From NCBI GenBank assembly GCA_029552745.1, contig JAKPDK010000070.1, positions 325,268-389,267 of the forward strand: a DNA stretch of 64,000 nt, read 5' to 3'. Under the pieces are notes generated by a model. It was not told the origin of the DNA. It saw nothing but the letters and a program-made list of their open reading frames with translations, and did not search any database. The DNA comes from Candidatus Hydrogenedentota bacterium (GTDB lineage: Bacteria > Hydrogenedentota > Hydrogenedentia > Hydrogenedentales > SLHB01). Position numbers and translations under genes: made by a program. How positions within the stretch are numbered: the first letter of the stretch is position 1; each line of letters begins with the position of its first letter. This document shows, piece by piece, positions 1 to 12,260 of this stretch.

Positions 1-354
<354 letters not shown>

Positions 355-432
355 GTCGTATGTATTATTGAAAGCCAACCGTTTGGAGGTTTTTTTGCGT
401 TCCACACGCTATAAATAGGGAGAGAAGTGGTT

Positions 433-1680
433 ATGAAGATTTTGGTGTTGAATACCGGATCATCATCCGTGAAATATCGGGTTTTCGAGTGTAACGGAGA
501 CACGGCAGAGGATCTGGCTCAGGGGCTTATTGAAAGAGTCGGCAGCAAAAAGGCGGATATTAAATGTGCCTGTTGTCTTGAGCATGAGAATGGTTGTGCC
601 GCCCAAATGATCGGTACGCCCGGAGAATTGGATATTCCCGATCATAAAGCCGCCATCAACGCGATTTGTCGTATCCTGTTAGATGAGCGTTGTGGAATTA
701 TCCAAGACCTTTCCGAGATTGCAGCTATCGGACATCGCGTTGTTCACGGCGGGGAAGATTTTTCGGAATCCACCCTAATCACCGACGATGTCATTTCGGC
801 GATTGAGCGGTGCTGTAAGTTGGCTCCATTGCACAATCCACCGGCTTTGCAGGGCATTCGGGCTTGTGCAGAGGTCTTTAAAAACGTTCCGCAGATAGCA
901 GTTTTCGATACCGCCTTTCATGCCACATTGCCGCCGAAAGCGTTTCGTTTTCCTCTGCCGGATTCTTTATATTCAGAACACGGGGTGCGCAAATATGGGT
1001 TTCATGGCACCTCACATCGGTTTGTGTCTGCCGAAGCTATTAAACTCTTGAATAAGCCAGTCTCTGATACCCGCGTAATTACGTGTCATCTAGGAAATGG
1101 TTCGAGCATTTCTGCCGTGAAAGGCGGCAAGTGCATTGAGACAAGCATGGGGCTAACTCCGTTGGGTGGGGTGATGATGGGGACGCGGCCTGGCGACCTC
1201 GATCCGTATTTACCCCTTTTCATGATTAAAGAACTGGGTATGTCGGTCGATGACGTCGATAAAACGCTCAACAAACAAAGTGGATTTTTAGGGGTATGTG
1301 GTTTTAACGATGTGCGCGACATCGAAAAACGGGCGAGTGAGGGAGACGCCAAGTGTCAACTCGCCTTGGATATGTTTGCTTATCGTATCTCGGCATTTGT
1401 GGGAAGCTACGCGATGATCATGGGTGGGTGCGATGCAATCGTTTTTACCGCAGGGATTGGTGAAAACAACGCACTCATGCGCAAGAGGATCCTCTCCAAT
1501 GCCGGCTATCTTGGCTGCCATCTTGACGAAGAACGAAATATGCGAAACGAGACCATTATCACGACCGATCAGTCTACCTGCAAAGCGTTCGTTATTCGAA
1601 CGAATGAGGAACTTCTCATTGCCAGAGACGCCGCGAAAGTTGTTCAGGAATTGGCGAAATCCCACACGGTACCTGCTTAA
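433..1680 (+). CDS. ackA: acetate kinase
   Basis: ORF 427..1680. Translation MKILVLNTGSSSVKYRVFE...HGTSH... is the acetate/propionate kinase family. The ATG at 433 is preceded by a GGGAGAGA RBS, and the GTG at 427 is the less likely start. Confidence 0.9.
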   Translation: MKILVLNTGSSSVKYRVFECNGDTAEDLAQGLIERVGSKKADIKCACCLEHENGCAAQMIGTPGELDIPDHKAAINAICRILLDERCGIIQDLSEIAAIGHRVVHGGEDFSESTLITDDVISAIERCCKLAPLHNPPALQGIRACAEVFKNVPQIAVFDTAFHATLPPKAFRFPLPDSLYSEHGVRKYGFHGTSHRFVSAEAIKLLNKPVSDTRVITCHLGNGSSISAVKGGKCIETSMGLTPLGGVMMGTRPGDLDPYLPLFMIKELGMSVDDVDKTLNKQSGFLGVCGFNDVRDIEKRASEGDAKCQLALDMFAYRISAFVGSYAMIMGGCDAIVFTAGIGENNALMRKRILSNAGYLGCHLDEERNMRNETIITTDQSTCKAFVIRTNEELLIARDAAKVVQELAKSHTVPA

Positions 1681-1697
1681 TGACGGATACGGCATGT

Positions 1698-3524
1698 CTA
1701 ATTTGCGGAAATAACGAACAGGGCTTCGTCAGCACACAAATTGGGCAATAGGCGAGTGGGGAGGGCGGAACCCTTGGGTCCCAACGGGATTTCCCGCCAA
1801 ATCCTTATGTTGTGATTGAGGCAGAATTCCCGGAAATCACAAATAGAGAGTACGTGGCGGTTCGGCGTATTGTACCAGGAATAAGGTAAGTTTCGCGTTA
1901 CGGGTGCTTTTCCCAGCAGGGTTTTCAGGCGTACCTTCCAAAAACCAAAGTTGGGAAAGCTGACAATACATCGTTTGCCTACGCGCAGCATTTCGTTCAG
2001 AACGAATTCAGGCCTTTCGATGACCTGAAGCGTCATACTGAGAATAACATAATCAAAACTCTGGTTGGGCAACGCAGAAAGTCCTTTATCAATATCAGCT
2101 TGGACGACTGAAACGCCACGCCGCACACACGAGACCACGTTACCTTGGAAAAGTTCCAGTCCCATGCCTTCCACATTTTTCTTTTCTTTCAAGATTTGAA
2201 GCAGGGCGCCATCAGCACATCCTATATCCAGAACGCGGCTACCTTCTTCGACAAGATCGGCAATCATTTCGTAATCGACACGATGACCTTCGTAAATGCT
2301 TTGGGGGCTCACCGGAGGTGGACCGTAATCCGCTTCGCTGTCTGCATCGTAAGGCGAAAAGTCCAACTTTCTCTCGGGCTCGGCTACGTGCTCCAGGAAC
2401 CCACTTATGAGTTTTTTCATGACGCTCTTTTCTAACAGGAATGCGTCGTGCCCATAATTGGATTCTATGTTGCAGTAAGTAACATCCTTTTTTTGTCTCA
2501 TAAGCGCATGAACGATGCTTTCCGACTGATAAGGAGGATATAACCAGTCGGACGTGTAGGAGAGAACCATTACTTTTGCCATGACGCGAGCCATTGCATT
2601 GTCAAGGGATCCATAAGGAGCAGCCAAATCGAAATAATCAATGGCTTTGGTGATATAAAGGTAGCTATTGGCATCGAACCGGTTGACAAACTGTTCCCCC
2701 TGATAGTCCAAGTAGGTTTCTACCGAAAACTCGCTTTCAAAATCATATCGGTAGTTTTGTGTATTACGCAGGGCACGCCCAAACTTAATGCGCATGGATT
2801 CGTCAGACAGGTAGGTGATGTGCGCCAACATTCTTGCGATGGACAGTCCGGTCGATGGGGGTGCCTTGTCGTAATAATCTCCGTGATGAAAGGCAGGATC
2901 GGCTTGGATGGCATGTCGGCCTACGGCATCAAAGGCAATGGCTTGCGGACTGAGCACCGGGGTTGTTGCAATGACGATTGCAGAGCGCACCATATCGGGA
3001 TAGCGGGTCATCCACTCGAGGGTTTGCATTCCCCCCATGGAACCGCCCGCAACACATAATAGTTTTTCGATACCAAGGTGGGCGATCAGTTGGCGCTGGG
3101 CGCGAACCATATCTCCAATGGTGATAATGGGGAAGGTGAGACCAAACGGCCGACCTGTTTCCGGATTGATGCTGCTAGGTCCTGTGGAACCCTTGCACCC
3201 TCCTATTACATTGGAGCAAATCACAAAATAGCGATTGGTGTCGAACCCTTTGTTGGGACCAATCATCATGTCCCACCAGCCGGGTTTTCTATCGGCGGGA
3301 CTGTGATAACCCGCGGCATGCGCATCACCGGACAACGCATGGACGATCAAGATAGCATTGGATTTATCTCGGTTGAGTTCCCCATACGTTTCATACGCGA
3401 GTGTTATGGGACCTAGCTTCCGTCCGCAATCAAGTTCCATCTCGTTTGGCGGATGGGCAAACGTGAAATATTGGGTTTGAACAATTCCTACAGAACCCTC
3501 TTCTTCTGATCGTCTTTTACTCAT
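1698..3524 (-). CDS. metX: homoserine O-acetyltransferase (MetX) fused to a C-terminal MetW-like methyltransferase-fold domain
   Basis: 608 aa. The N-terminal ~380 aa form an alpha/beta hydrolase with the MetX motifs ([27 protein letters not shown]). The C-terminal ~200 aa ([17 protein letters not shown]...[11 protein letters not shown]) match MetW. Confidence 0.85.
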   Translation of the reverse strand: MSKRRSEEEGSVGIVQTQYFTFAHPPNEMELDCGRKLGPITLAYETYGELNRDKSNAILIVHALSGDAHAAGYHSPADRKPGWWDMMIGPNKGFDTNRYFVICSNVIGGCKGSTGPSSINPETGRPFGLTFPIITIGDMVRAQRQLIAHLGIEKLLCVAGGSMGGMQTLEWMTRYPDMVRSAIVIATTPVLSPQAIAFDAVGRHAIQADPAFHHGDYYDKAPPSTGLSIARMLAHITYLSDESMRIKFGRALRNTQNYRYDFESEFSVETYLDYQGEQFVNRFDANSYLYITKAIDYFDLAAPYGSLDNAMARVMAKVMVLSYTSDWLYPPYQSESIVHALMRQKKDVTYCNIESNYGHDAFLLEKSVMKKLISGFLEHVAEPERKLDFSPYDADSEADYGPPPVSPQSIYEGHRVDYEMIADLVEEGSRVLDIGCADGALLQILKEKKNVEGMGLELFQGNVVSCVRRGVSVVQADIDKGLSALPNQSFDYVILSMTLQVIERPEFVLNEMLRVGKRCIVSFPNFGFWKVRLKTLLGKAPVTRNLPYSWYNTPNRHVLSICDFREFCLNHNIRIWREIPLGPKGSALPTRLLPNLCADEALFVISAN

Positions 3525-3557
3525 GGGGCGCTTGTCATCCCGCTAAATTGCTTTTGC

Positions 3558-4760
3558 CTATGCACTTCGCCTTAGTGCTTGATCTAGGTCTTTGATGAGG
3601 TCCTGACAGTCTTCCACGCCGACCGCTAGACGTATCAGGGTATCGGTTATTCCCAGTGCGTATCGTTCTTTTCTTGTGCGATCGTAATAGGTCACGGTTG
3701 CGGGGTGGGTAATTAAAGTTTCCACTCCTCCTAAACTGGGACCTATGAAACACAGTCGAAGACTGTCTAAAAAACGCTTAGCCGTGTGAAGAGTTCCCTT
3801 GATTTCAAACGTTACAACACCTCCAAACCCCTCCATTTGTCGGACGGCGATTTCATGGTGGGGATGGCTTTCTAACCCCGGATAATAGACCCGTTTGATT
3901 CGTGGATGCTTCTCCAGGAACCTTGCGATTTCTAGGGCAGTCGAATTCTGACGTTCCACTCGCAGGGGAAACGTTTTCAACCCTCGTAACAACAGATAAC
4001 AACAATGGGGGTCAATGACTCCCCCTATTGCCTTGTGCAAGGTTCGAATGGTTTCAATTAGCTCCGTCCGCCCAAGAACGGCTCCGGCGAGCAGGTCGTT
4101 GTGGCCTGCAAGGTACTTGGTGCAACTGTGCAAGACTAGGTCAACCCCGAACTCAAGAGGCCGTTGGTTGTACGGAGTGGCAAAGGTCGAGTCGATAAGC
4201 GTTAATACTCCGTGTTTTTTGGCAATATATACTAGTCGTTCCAAATCAAAGATGTTAAGATACGGATTGGTCGGAGACTCAGAAAAAATAAACCGCGTCT
4301 TTGATGTAATTGCATCTTCTAACGCTTTGTAATCGCCAAAAGGAACAATAGTACAACCCACGCCAAACCGCTGCAGGTAGCTACTGCAAAACTCCAAGGT
4401 TTTCTTGTACGCATCGTCCGTGATGACAATATGATCCCCGCTTTGTACCAACGCCAGGATGGAGGTCGTGATCGCGCTCATGCCCGAACCGAACAAAGCA
4501 CAGTCTTCGGCGCCTTCCAAAGCTGCAAGCCGACGCGATGCCACTTGCTCTGTCGGATTTCCGTAGCGTCCGTACTCAAAACGCGCCTTACCATGTTTCG
4601 TATATTCCTCGATATCTTTCGAGTTTTGAAACACATATGTGGCGGTTTGGAATATAGGCGTCGTTATAGAATCAGCGTAACGCTGTCTACCTTCGCCTGC
4701 GTGAACACTTTTTGTGGCAAAACCAGTCTTGTCGCCTCGCTGAATTCGCTGATTTTTCAT
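3558..4760 (-). CDS. PLP-dependent Cys/Met-metabolism enzyme of the cystathionine gamma-synthase / beta-lyase / MetZ family
   Basis: 400 aa. Matches the trans-sulfuration PLP fold (GNPT, SGMAAI-like, HSCTKYLAGH with the PLP lysine). An ATG with a GGGAG RBS lies upstream. Confidence 0.75.
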   Translation of the reverse strand: MKNQRIQRGDKTGFATKSVHAGEGRQRYADSITTPIFQTATYVFQNSKDIEEYTKHGKARFEYGRYGNPTEQVASRRLAALEGAEDCALFGSGMSAITTSILALVQSGDHIVITDDAYKKTLEFCSSYLQRFGVGCTIVPFGDYKALEDAITSKTRFIFSESPTNPYLNIFDLERLVYIAKKHGVLTLIDSTFATPYNQRPLEFGVDLVLHSCTKYLAGHNDLLAGAVLGRTELIETIRTLHKAIGGVIDPHCCYLLLRGLKTFPLRVERQNSTALEIARFLEKHPRIKRVYYPGLESHPHHEIAVRQMEGFGGVVTFEIKGTLHTAKRFLDSLRLCFIGPSLGGVETLITHPATVTYYDRTRKERYALGITDTLIRLAVGVEDCQDLIKDLDQALRRSA

Positions 4761-4864
4761 TGCTACTCCCTGCTTGTTTCATACAGCTTTCTGCTACGGA
4801 ACACGTTGCTACTTTGGCAAAAGCACCAAATTATAGCAGGAAAGCAGCATATCCCACGATCATT

Positions 4865-6181
<1,317 letters not shown>

Positions 6182-6234
6182 TCAGCTTAAGGTTGTTAAT
6201 TTCAAACCAGTTTCGATGAATACATCCTACTTCG

Positions 6235-7161
6235 TTAATCTTGGTATAGAGGGGTTGAAAGGTACCTTTCCCCAGAGTCCGGAAGAATGACCACAATCGT
6301 CTTGTTCTCGTATTCCGGCCGCGCCGCTAGCCGTAAAGCTACTGCCGTAGCCGCTCCGCAACTAATACCGGAAATAATTCCCTCTTCACGCGTTAGTCGT
6401 CGGGCGGTCTCGAAGGCTTCCTCGTCAGTAACTGTTTCAACTTTATCCACTAAGGACATATCGAGCACGTCCGGTTTGAACCCGGCGCCGATCCCCTGGA
6501 TTTTGTGGGGGCCTGGCTTGCCGCCCGAAAGGACAGGAGATGAAGCCGGTTCCACAGCCACGCTCTCAATGCGCTTACCCTTTTCCTTTTTTATGTATCG
6601 TGATATCCCTGTTATGGTGCCTCCCGTGCCGACCCCGGCAACTAAGACATCAATAGTACCTTCTGTGTCATTCCAAATCTCAGGTCCTGTAGTTAGGAAA
6701 TGGATTTCAGGGTTTGCCGGATTTTTGAACTGTTGGGGTAAATAATAATCAGGATTTTCCGCTATGATTTCTTCTGCCCGACGGATGGCGCCGGGCATAC
6801 CTTCACTGCCCGGTGTCAAGATCAATTCCGCTCCAAACGCTTTCAACATCATTCTGCGTTCCATACTCATCGTTTCAGGCATGGTGAGGATGAGCCGATA
6901 TCCTCGCGCAGCGCAGACGTATGCCAAAGCAATGCCCGTATTGCCGGATGTGGGTTCGATAATCGTACCGCCTGGACGCAGCAACCCTTTTTTCTCCGCG
7001 TCCCAAATCATGTTTGCTCCTATACGGCATTTTACGGAATAGGCAGGGTTTCTGCCCTCGACCTTACCAAAAACCTTGGCTTTAAGTCCCGCACCCAATT
7101 TTCTCAGGTGAATTAGGGGTGTATTTCCTATGCTATAAGAGACGTCATTAAAAACACGCAT
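6235..7161 (-). CDS. cysK: cysteine synthase A (O-acetylserine sulfhydrylase)
   Basis: IGNTPLIHL...[19 protein letters not shown]...[10 protein letters not shown] are the CysK hallmark motifs. The ORF runs to 7164 (GTG). The ATG one codon in, preceded by a GGAGG RBS, is preferred. Confidence 0.9.
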   Translation of the reverse strand: MRVFNDVSYSIGNTPLIHLRKLGAGLKAKVFGKVEGRNPAYSVKCRIGANMIWDAEKKGLLRPGGTIIEPTSGNTGIALAYVCAARGYRLILTMPETMSMERRMMLKAFGAELILTPGSEGMPGAIRRAEEIIAENPDYYLPQQFKNPANPEIHFLTTGPEIWNDTEGTIDVLVAGVGTGGTITGISRYIKKEKGKRIESVAVEPASSPVLSGGKPGPHKIQGIGAGFKPDVLDMSLVDKVETVTDEEAFETARRLTREEGIISGISCGAATAVALRLAARPEYENKTIVVILPDSGERYLSTPLYQD

Positions 7162-7391
7162 CACTTCACTACCTCCAAGTTAATACCTCAAATGCCAGAG
7201 GCTTCTGCGCAAAAATGTAGCTGAGTTGATTAGAATACATCAAGCGGTTTTTGTGCACAACCTGAAAGGCCTTTCTAATGTATAGTATGTTAATCATTAT
7301 TATAAACATTATATTTCTTTAGTTTATTTCTGTCAACCTCGCCTAGCTTATGAGATATTTATGTTCAATTGACTGCCTCCAGTAAACTTGC

Positions 7392-8249
7392 ATGGTCAAC
7401 CCGTTTTCGGTCAAAATGGACTGCGTGACTGTTCAGCTTATATCCGTACTGTGGTCGATAGTTGTTGCGCCTGTTTTTTTGGACAACGGGCATATTCGAA
7501 TTGAGTTTAGCCCAGAAGATTTCCAGGTGGTTTTTGTTGGTATTCCAAACGGCAAAAACTTTCTGGAAGTTGTAAAACTGGAACGTGAGAAAACGGCTGA
7601 AGGTAACGAGCATAAAGAAGCGTTCAGTTCGGATCTGCTGCCCTATAAAGGTCTTGACCCGGTTCTGCGTTATGGTCCTGGCGTTGTGAAAGAGCTTTCG
7701 CGGGAACACGTTGTGGCCGAAAGTCCTTTGTCCACTATGTACGGTGTGCGTATAAGAAAGGAAATCCGGTTATATCCGGCGCAACCTAAAGCCAGTATGC
7801 GGGTTACTGTCTTGTCTGAGTCAGATGCCCCTATGGACTTGGCTATTCGCAATACCGCGCGATTACCTCAAGATTCCACGATACGGGTTGAAAAAAGAGG
7901 TGATTCGATGAAAGTATTGGCGGGAGCAGATAGTCTTGCGCCTTGGGTGGTGAACTCAGTCAGATATTGGCTCGTGCCTATTCCGCCGACGTCTCATGCG
8001 GATCAAGTGATTCTTGGCGCTGTCGCTGGAGAGGTGGAACTGGAGAATGAGACCGGGGTTTGGGTGCGTCGTATTTTGGATATGCCTCGCCAACCGGATA
8101 TGTTACCGCAACAGAATAGTTTTTTGTGTCTCCTTGATGAAAAGACATATACCTTTGCGAGTGTTCTTCAAAGTCCATGGTTTTCGTGTTCCAAATCAAA
8201 GCCGCTGGATTTCCGCGAAGTTTGGACGATAAAGAAGAGAGGCAAATAA
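7392..8249 (+). CDS. hypothetical protein with a possible N-terminal signal/TM segment
   Basis: 285-aa ORF with an ATG start. No motif I recognise. Long ORF without strong shadow alternatives. Confidence 0.5.
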   Translation: MVNPFSVKMDCVTVQLISVLWSIVVAPVFLDNGHIRIEFSPEDFQVVFVGIPNGKNFLEVVKLEREKTAEGNEHKEAFSSDLLPYKGLDPVLRYGPGVVKELSREHVVAESPLSTMYGVRIRKEIRLYPAQPKASMRVTVLSESDAPMDLAIRNTARLPQDSTIRVEKRGDSMKVLAGADSLAPWVVNSVRYWLVPIPPTSHADQVILGAVAGEVELENETGVWVRRILDMPRQPDMLPQQNSFLCLLDEKTYTFASVLQSPWFSCSKSKPLDFREVWTIKKRGK

Positions 8250-8255
8250 ACCGTG

Positions 8256-8870
8256 ATGTTTTTCAGTAATACCGGGAACTTGCCCGAGGTCTCAAGACGA
8301 ATAAGCCAATTCGGCGCTGTCCTGGGGAGCGTTTGGCATATTCGGAACTTCTTATTTCTTATTGGGATTGTTGTTTTCGTGGGTTGCAGCAGTTCCATTC
8401 ACGACGAAGTCTCTAGGGGTAACCTGGATAACGTGAAACGTATGCTTGCCCAGCATCCCGAATTACTCGAAGCGAAAAATAATATGGAGAAGACGCCGCT
8501 TTTCTACGCTGTAGCTCGCGGGCGTGAGGAGATTGTCGGATTTCTTTTATCGTTGGGTGCAAATCCTAATGCGCAGGACATTACTGGTCTGACACCCTTA
8601 CACGTTGCGGCATGGTGGGACAAGACCGAACAGGTGGATCAACTTCTTGCTGCTGGGGCGCAGTTGGAAGCGAAAGACGTGTTTGGTGATACGCCTTTAC
8701 ATGTCGCTGCGATTCAAGGACGTACCAAAATGGTGGCTTATCTGGTTGAAAAAGGTGCGGAAATTAATGCAAAAAACGCTGACGGCAAAACGCCGCTCGT
8801 CTTGGCACGTCAGTATCGCAAAGAAGAAACAGCGCAAAGGTTAGTGGAATTAGGCGCAAAGGAGCAGTAA
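8256..8870 (+). CDS. ankyrin-repeat lipoprotein
   Basis: N-terminal hydrophobic stretch ending in the lipobox-like FVGCSSS, followed by at least three ankyrin repeats (TPLHVAA, GANPNAQD, GAEINAKNADGKTPL). RBS GAGAGG. Confidence 0.8.
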   Translation: MFFSNTGNLPEVSRRISQFGAVLGSVWHIRNFLFLIGIVVFVGCSSSIHDEVSRGNLDNVKRMLAQHPELLEAKNNMEKTPLFYAVARGREEIVGFLLSLGANPNAQDITGLTPLHVAAWWDKTEQVDQLLAAGAQLEAKDVFGDTPLHVAAIQGRTKMVAYLVEKGAEINAKNADGKTPLVLARQYRKEETAQRLVELGAKEQ

Positions 8871-8895
8871 GCTGTCCAAGAACTCAAAAAGTGAA

Positions 8896-9390
8896 GTGAT
8901 CATTTACACCGATGGGGGGTGTGTGCCTAACCCAGGACTGGGCGGATGGGCAGCCATTTTGTGTTGCGGGGAACATGTCAAAGAAATTAGCGGTGGCCAA
9001 AAGGATACGACAAATAACCGCATGGAACTTACAGCCGCCGTCAATGCACTTTCGGCTCTGAAGCGGCCGTGTCGTGTTCGTGTTTTTACGGATTCCGAAT
9101 ATTTGCGAAGAGGTGTGACCGAATGGTTGCCGCTGTGGCAGGAACGAGGTTGGAAACGCAAAGGCGGTGAGTTAAAGAATATAGATTTATGGCAACAACT
9201 GACGCATTTGGTGCAGCGGCATGAGGTCCAGTGGAACTGGGTCCGGGGACACGCGGGAGATCCACTAAATGAGCGGTGTGATTTTTTGGTTAGGCAAGCT
9301 ATAGAAATGGAACGCGAGAAAGAGGAAATCTCGCCAGCAAAAATAGATAGTTCCGCAAAGCAATCGCGATCTAAGGATAATTCACCGTGA
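8896..9390 (+). CDS. rnhA: ribonuclease HI
   Basis: IIYTDGGC...NNRMEL...FTDSEYL...WVRGHAG..NE.CD gives the RNase H catalytic D/E/D/D pattern. GTG start. Confidence 0.85.
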   Translation: MIIYTDGGCVPNPGLGGWAAILCCGEHVKEISGGQKDTTNNRMELTAAVNALSALKRPCRVRVFTDSEYLRRGVTEWLPLWQERGWKRKGGELKNIDLWQQLTHLVQRHEVQWNWVRGHAGDPLNERCDFLVRQAIEMEREKEEISPAKIDSSAKQSRSKDNSP

Positions 9391-12197
9391 GACGATTTAA
9401 GAGTCTGTCGGCAGAACGTGCTTTTGGCAACGCCTATTCCAGAGAAATCCTCCTTTTTTATCTCATTCCTTTGATGATCGGGTTAAGCGGTATCTTTTTT
9501 TCTAGACAGTTCCAGACGGACTGGGTTCGCAGTTTGACCGTGTTGGTTTGCGTGGCCACTGCGGAGTTTGTCATAGGTAACTCGTTGGCGCGTTTACACT
9601 CGGCAAAAACCAAGCCAATTTTCTTTTTACTCGGGGCCATCATTCTCATTCTTGGAGGTGGGGTAGCGATTTGGGATTTGTCGATAGGTTACCAGTACGA
9701 GCGACTTCCGGATTCCTGGGAATGGTTTTACCAGAAGTTTTTTGGCCTTTCTAAGATTCTTGGTGCCCTGGGGCTTTTCGTTGGGCTTGTGGTCATGTTT
9801 TACATGGTCTTGAGACGAGAAGAAGAGGCGGAGCGTCTGGCGCGACATTTTACGGCTTTAACGGACCTGATGAGCGAAGGATTTGTTTTGGTGGCGCCTG
9901 ATGGCACAATCGCGCGGGTCAACAAAAATTTCTATACCATAACCGGATTGACTCCCGAAGATCTTCAGGGCGAATCCAACGACAGATGTGCGGAGAAACT
10001 GGGCTTAAAAACGTTGGTCAAAGATATAAAAAGTCGACTTGAAAAGGGCGTGGTGGAATACCAATTGACATGGACAAACCAAGGGAAAGAGCGACGTATC
10101 CTGGTAGCCGGAACGCCTGTGGTGGATGAACAAAACAATCTCGTAAGTCTTTTTGCCGCATTTCGAGACATAACAGAAATCTACGAAATGTCAGCCAAAC
10201 TGGAGCGTTATGCTTTTTCGCTGCAGCAGTTGGTGGAAGACCGTACCGGGAAATTGCGTTCGTCGGAGGAGCGTCTAAGAAATCTGCTCATCCACATGAG
10301 CGAGGGATTTGTTACGCTGAATAAGTCGGGCGAAATCGTTTTCGTGAATACTCGTTTTTGTGAAATGCTGAAATTGGGACGGGAAAGCCTGGTGGGCAAA
10401 CCCATCCTGAATTTTTTGGCGAACGGTGCGAGCACTGTCATTTACAGGTGGGTAGGCGAAGGCGGTACTCCGCATCATGCCCCTGTGCGCGAAGAATGGT
10501 CGTTGCGGTGCAGCGATGGTGGAGAAGTTGCGGTTGTAGCAGCTTTAGCACCGATCACGTGGGATGAGACCAGCCCTTCCCGCTATTCGGTGGTGATTAC
10601 CGACATTTCAGAGTTGAAAAGAATGCAGACGGAATTGGAACGTCGTGCCGCCGAACTCGATAGCGCCAACAAGGAGCTACGTAAGTTTGGACAGGCCAAA
10701 GATGCTTTCTTGACAGCGATAGGACATGAGTTGCGAACCCCATTAAGCACCATTATGGGCTATGTGGAGATGTTTCAGTCTGGGAGTCTTGGAAAACTGG
10801 AAAATGTTCAAGAGCGTGCGATTGCTGTGATTTCAAGAAACGCGGAACGACTCGGGTCGCTGGTTGAGGAAATTATTGAGTTCAGTCGTACCCAGGTTTT
10901 GGGAATTCATCTTGATTTAAGTTTATTCCAGTTAGAAGTGGCTCTGCGTGAATGTGCGAGGTCCTTCGAGCCGCAATTGGCGGCAAAACAAATGCGGTTG
11001 CAGTTCAATTTTCCCAACTTAGAAACAGGCGTATGGGCGGATAGGAAACGGCTGATTCAGGCAATAGGTGTATTCATTTCAAATGCGATTAAATTTAGTC
11101 CTAAAGGTACGGCGATCACGTTGTCGGTGGATGTAAGACCACCTAATGGCGTTGCTATTTCTGTTCAGGATCAGGGAATAGGGATAGATCCCGTCCACCA
11201 TAAACGTATCTTTGAGACCTTCTACCAGGTTGACCAGTCCCTCTCGCGTAGATATGAAGGTGCTGGTATTGGTCTTTCTGTTGCAAAGGCGATTGCCGAC
11301 GCACACGAAAGTTTCATAGAAGTTCAGAGTGCGTTGGGTAAAGGTTCGTGCTTTACGTGGGTATTGCCTCGAGCGCTTTTTTCGGCTGGCGTCAATCTTT
11401 CTGAAGAACAGAAACTGAGTGGTACAGAGGCCGTTTTGCTTCTTGATAACGGATTAGATAATGAGCGCCTTTTGTGGAAGAGTTTTGAACGAAGGGGTTA
11501 CACTGTCATTCATGCGGGTTCTTCTGCAGAAGCATTACGGTTGGCTTCGGAGAGGCAACCCGAACTGTTTGTCACGCATTGGAGAGGACAGGCGGGTGCT
11601 CTAAGTCTATTTGTTGAACGTCTTCTTTCTTTGCCGAATTCTCCCAACATGCCGGTCGTCGTGCTTTGTCATAAAGCCTGCGATGATGCCGAATTATCGA
11701 CATTTGTGAAACAGTCTATTATTCCCATACAAGTGCCTGAAACCGAGGCGGAAATTTTCCGTCGACTGAAAGAGATTCTTGAGAATGCTGACGATCTCGC
11801 CGTGGTTTTGCAGGAGAAAGCATTTGATCGCCAATCTAAATCAGTATTGGTGGTGGATGAAGACGCGGCTTTTCGGCGTTGGCTAGAAATCGGTTTGAGG
11901 AGGAAAGGCATTATTTGTCGTTTTTTGGAGAACGGGGAACCCATTTCAAAAGCTGTTGAGAAATACGCGATTGGCACCTTAGTGATTGACTGGGATTCCC
12001 CTCGCTGGTTAAAAAATAACGGCGCGGAGCTGGAGCAATTGTTGGCAATAACAGAACGCAACAGTGCCCCATCGATTGTACTGATGACGGCTACCCAAAA
12101 GACAATTTCGTCCATGGCGGGTACCTATCACATTCTTTTCAAACCGTTTCAGATAGATGACCTGGTGCACATTCTGGAGCAGCAGGTGCCATCCTAA
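9387..12197 (+). CDS. hybrid sensor histidine kinase (TM - PAS domains - HisKA - HATPase - two C-terminal receiver-like domains)
   Basis: N-terminal TM helices, PAS-like segments, the H-box AIGHELRTPL, and HATPase motifs (QDQGIGID, GAGIGLSV). The first receiver-like domain is degenerate with no phospho-Asp. The second is canonical (VLVVDED...LVIDWD...KPF). Its GTG start overlaps the rnhA stop as GTGA. Confidence 0.85.
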   Translation: MRRFKSLSAERAFGNAYSREILLFYLIPLMIGLSGIFFSRQFQTDWVRSLTVLVCVATAEFVIGNSLARLHSAKTKPIFFLLGAIILILGGGVAIWDLSIGYQYERLPDSWEWFYQKFFGLSKILGALGLFVGLVVMFYMVLRREEEAERLARHFTALTDLMSEGFVLVAPDGTIARVNKNFYTITGLTPEDLQGESNDRCAEKLGLKTLVKDIKSRLEKGVVEYQLTWTNQGKERRILVAGTPVVDEQNNLVSLFAAFRDITEIYEMSAKLERYAFSLQQLVEDRTGKLRSSEERLRNLLIHMSEGFVTLNKSGEIVFVNTRFCEMLKLGRESLVGKPILNFLANGASTVIYRWVGEGGTPHHAPVREEWSLRCSDGGEVAVVAALAPITWDETSPSRYSVVITDISELKRMQTELERRAAELDSANKELRKFGQAKDAFLTAIGHELRTPLSTIMGYVEMFQSGSLGKLENVQERAIAVISRNAERLGSLVEEIIEFSRTQVLGIHLDLSLFQLEVALRECARSFEPQLAAKQMRLQFNFPNLETGVWADRKRLIQAIGVFISNAIKFSPKGTAITLSVDVRPPNGVAISVQDQGIGIDPVHHKRIFETFYQVDQSLSRRYEGAGIGLSVAKAIADAHESFIEVQSALGKGSCFTWVLPRALFSAGVNLSEEQKLSGTEAVLLLDNGLDNERLLWKSFERRGYTVIHAGSSAEALRLASERQPELFVTHWRGQAGALSLFVERLLSLPNSPNMPVVVLCHKACDDAELSTFVKQSIIPIQVPETEAEIFRRLKEILENADDLAVVLQEKAFDRQSKSVLVVDEDAAFRRWLEIGLRRKGIICRFLENGEPISKAVEKYAIGTLVIDWDSPRWLKNNGAELEQLLAITERNSAPSIVLMTATQKTISSMAGTYHILFKPFQIDDLVHILEQQVPS

Positions 12198-12260
12198 TCT
12201 CGAGCGCCTTCGGTGTAGTTACTACTTTATGGTGTTTGGTAAAAAGAGGAGTAGGTTTTG

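Noticed and set aside
355-432. Possible terminator between pta and ackA (CCAA-CCGT-TTGG followed by T7)
   Set aside because: The stem is only 4 bp. It is more likely a U-rich spacer, and pta-ackA are commonly co-transcribed.
8605-8844. Lys/Arg-rich 79-aa ORF inside the ankyrin gene in another frame
   Set aside because: It is embedded in a well-supported CDS with no independent signals.
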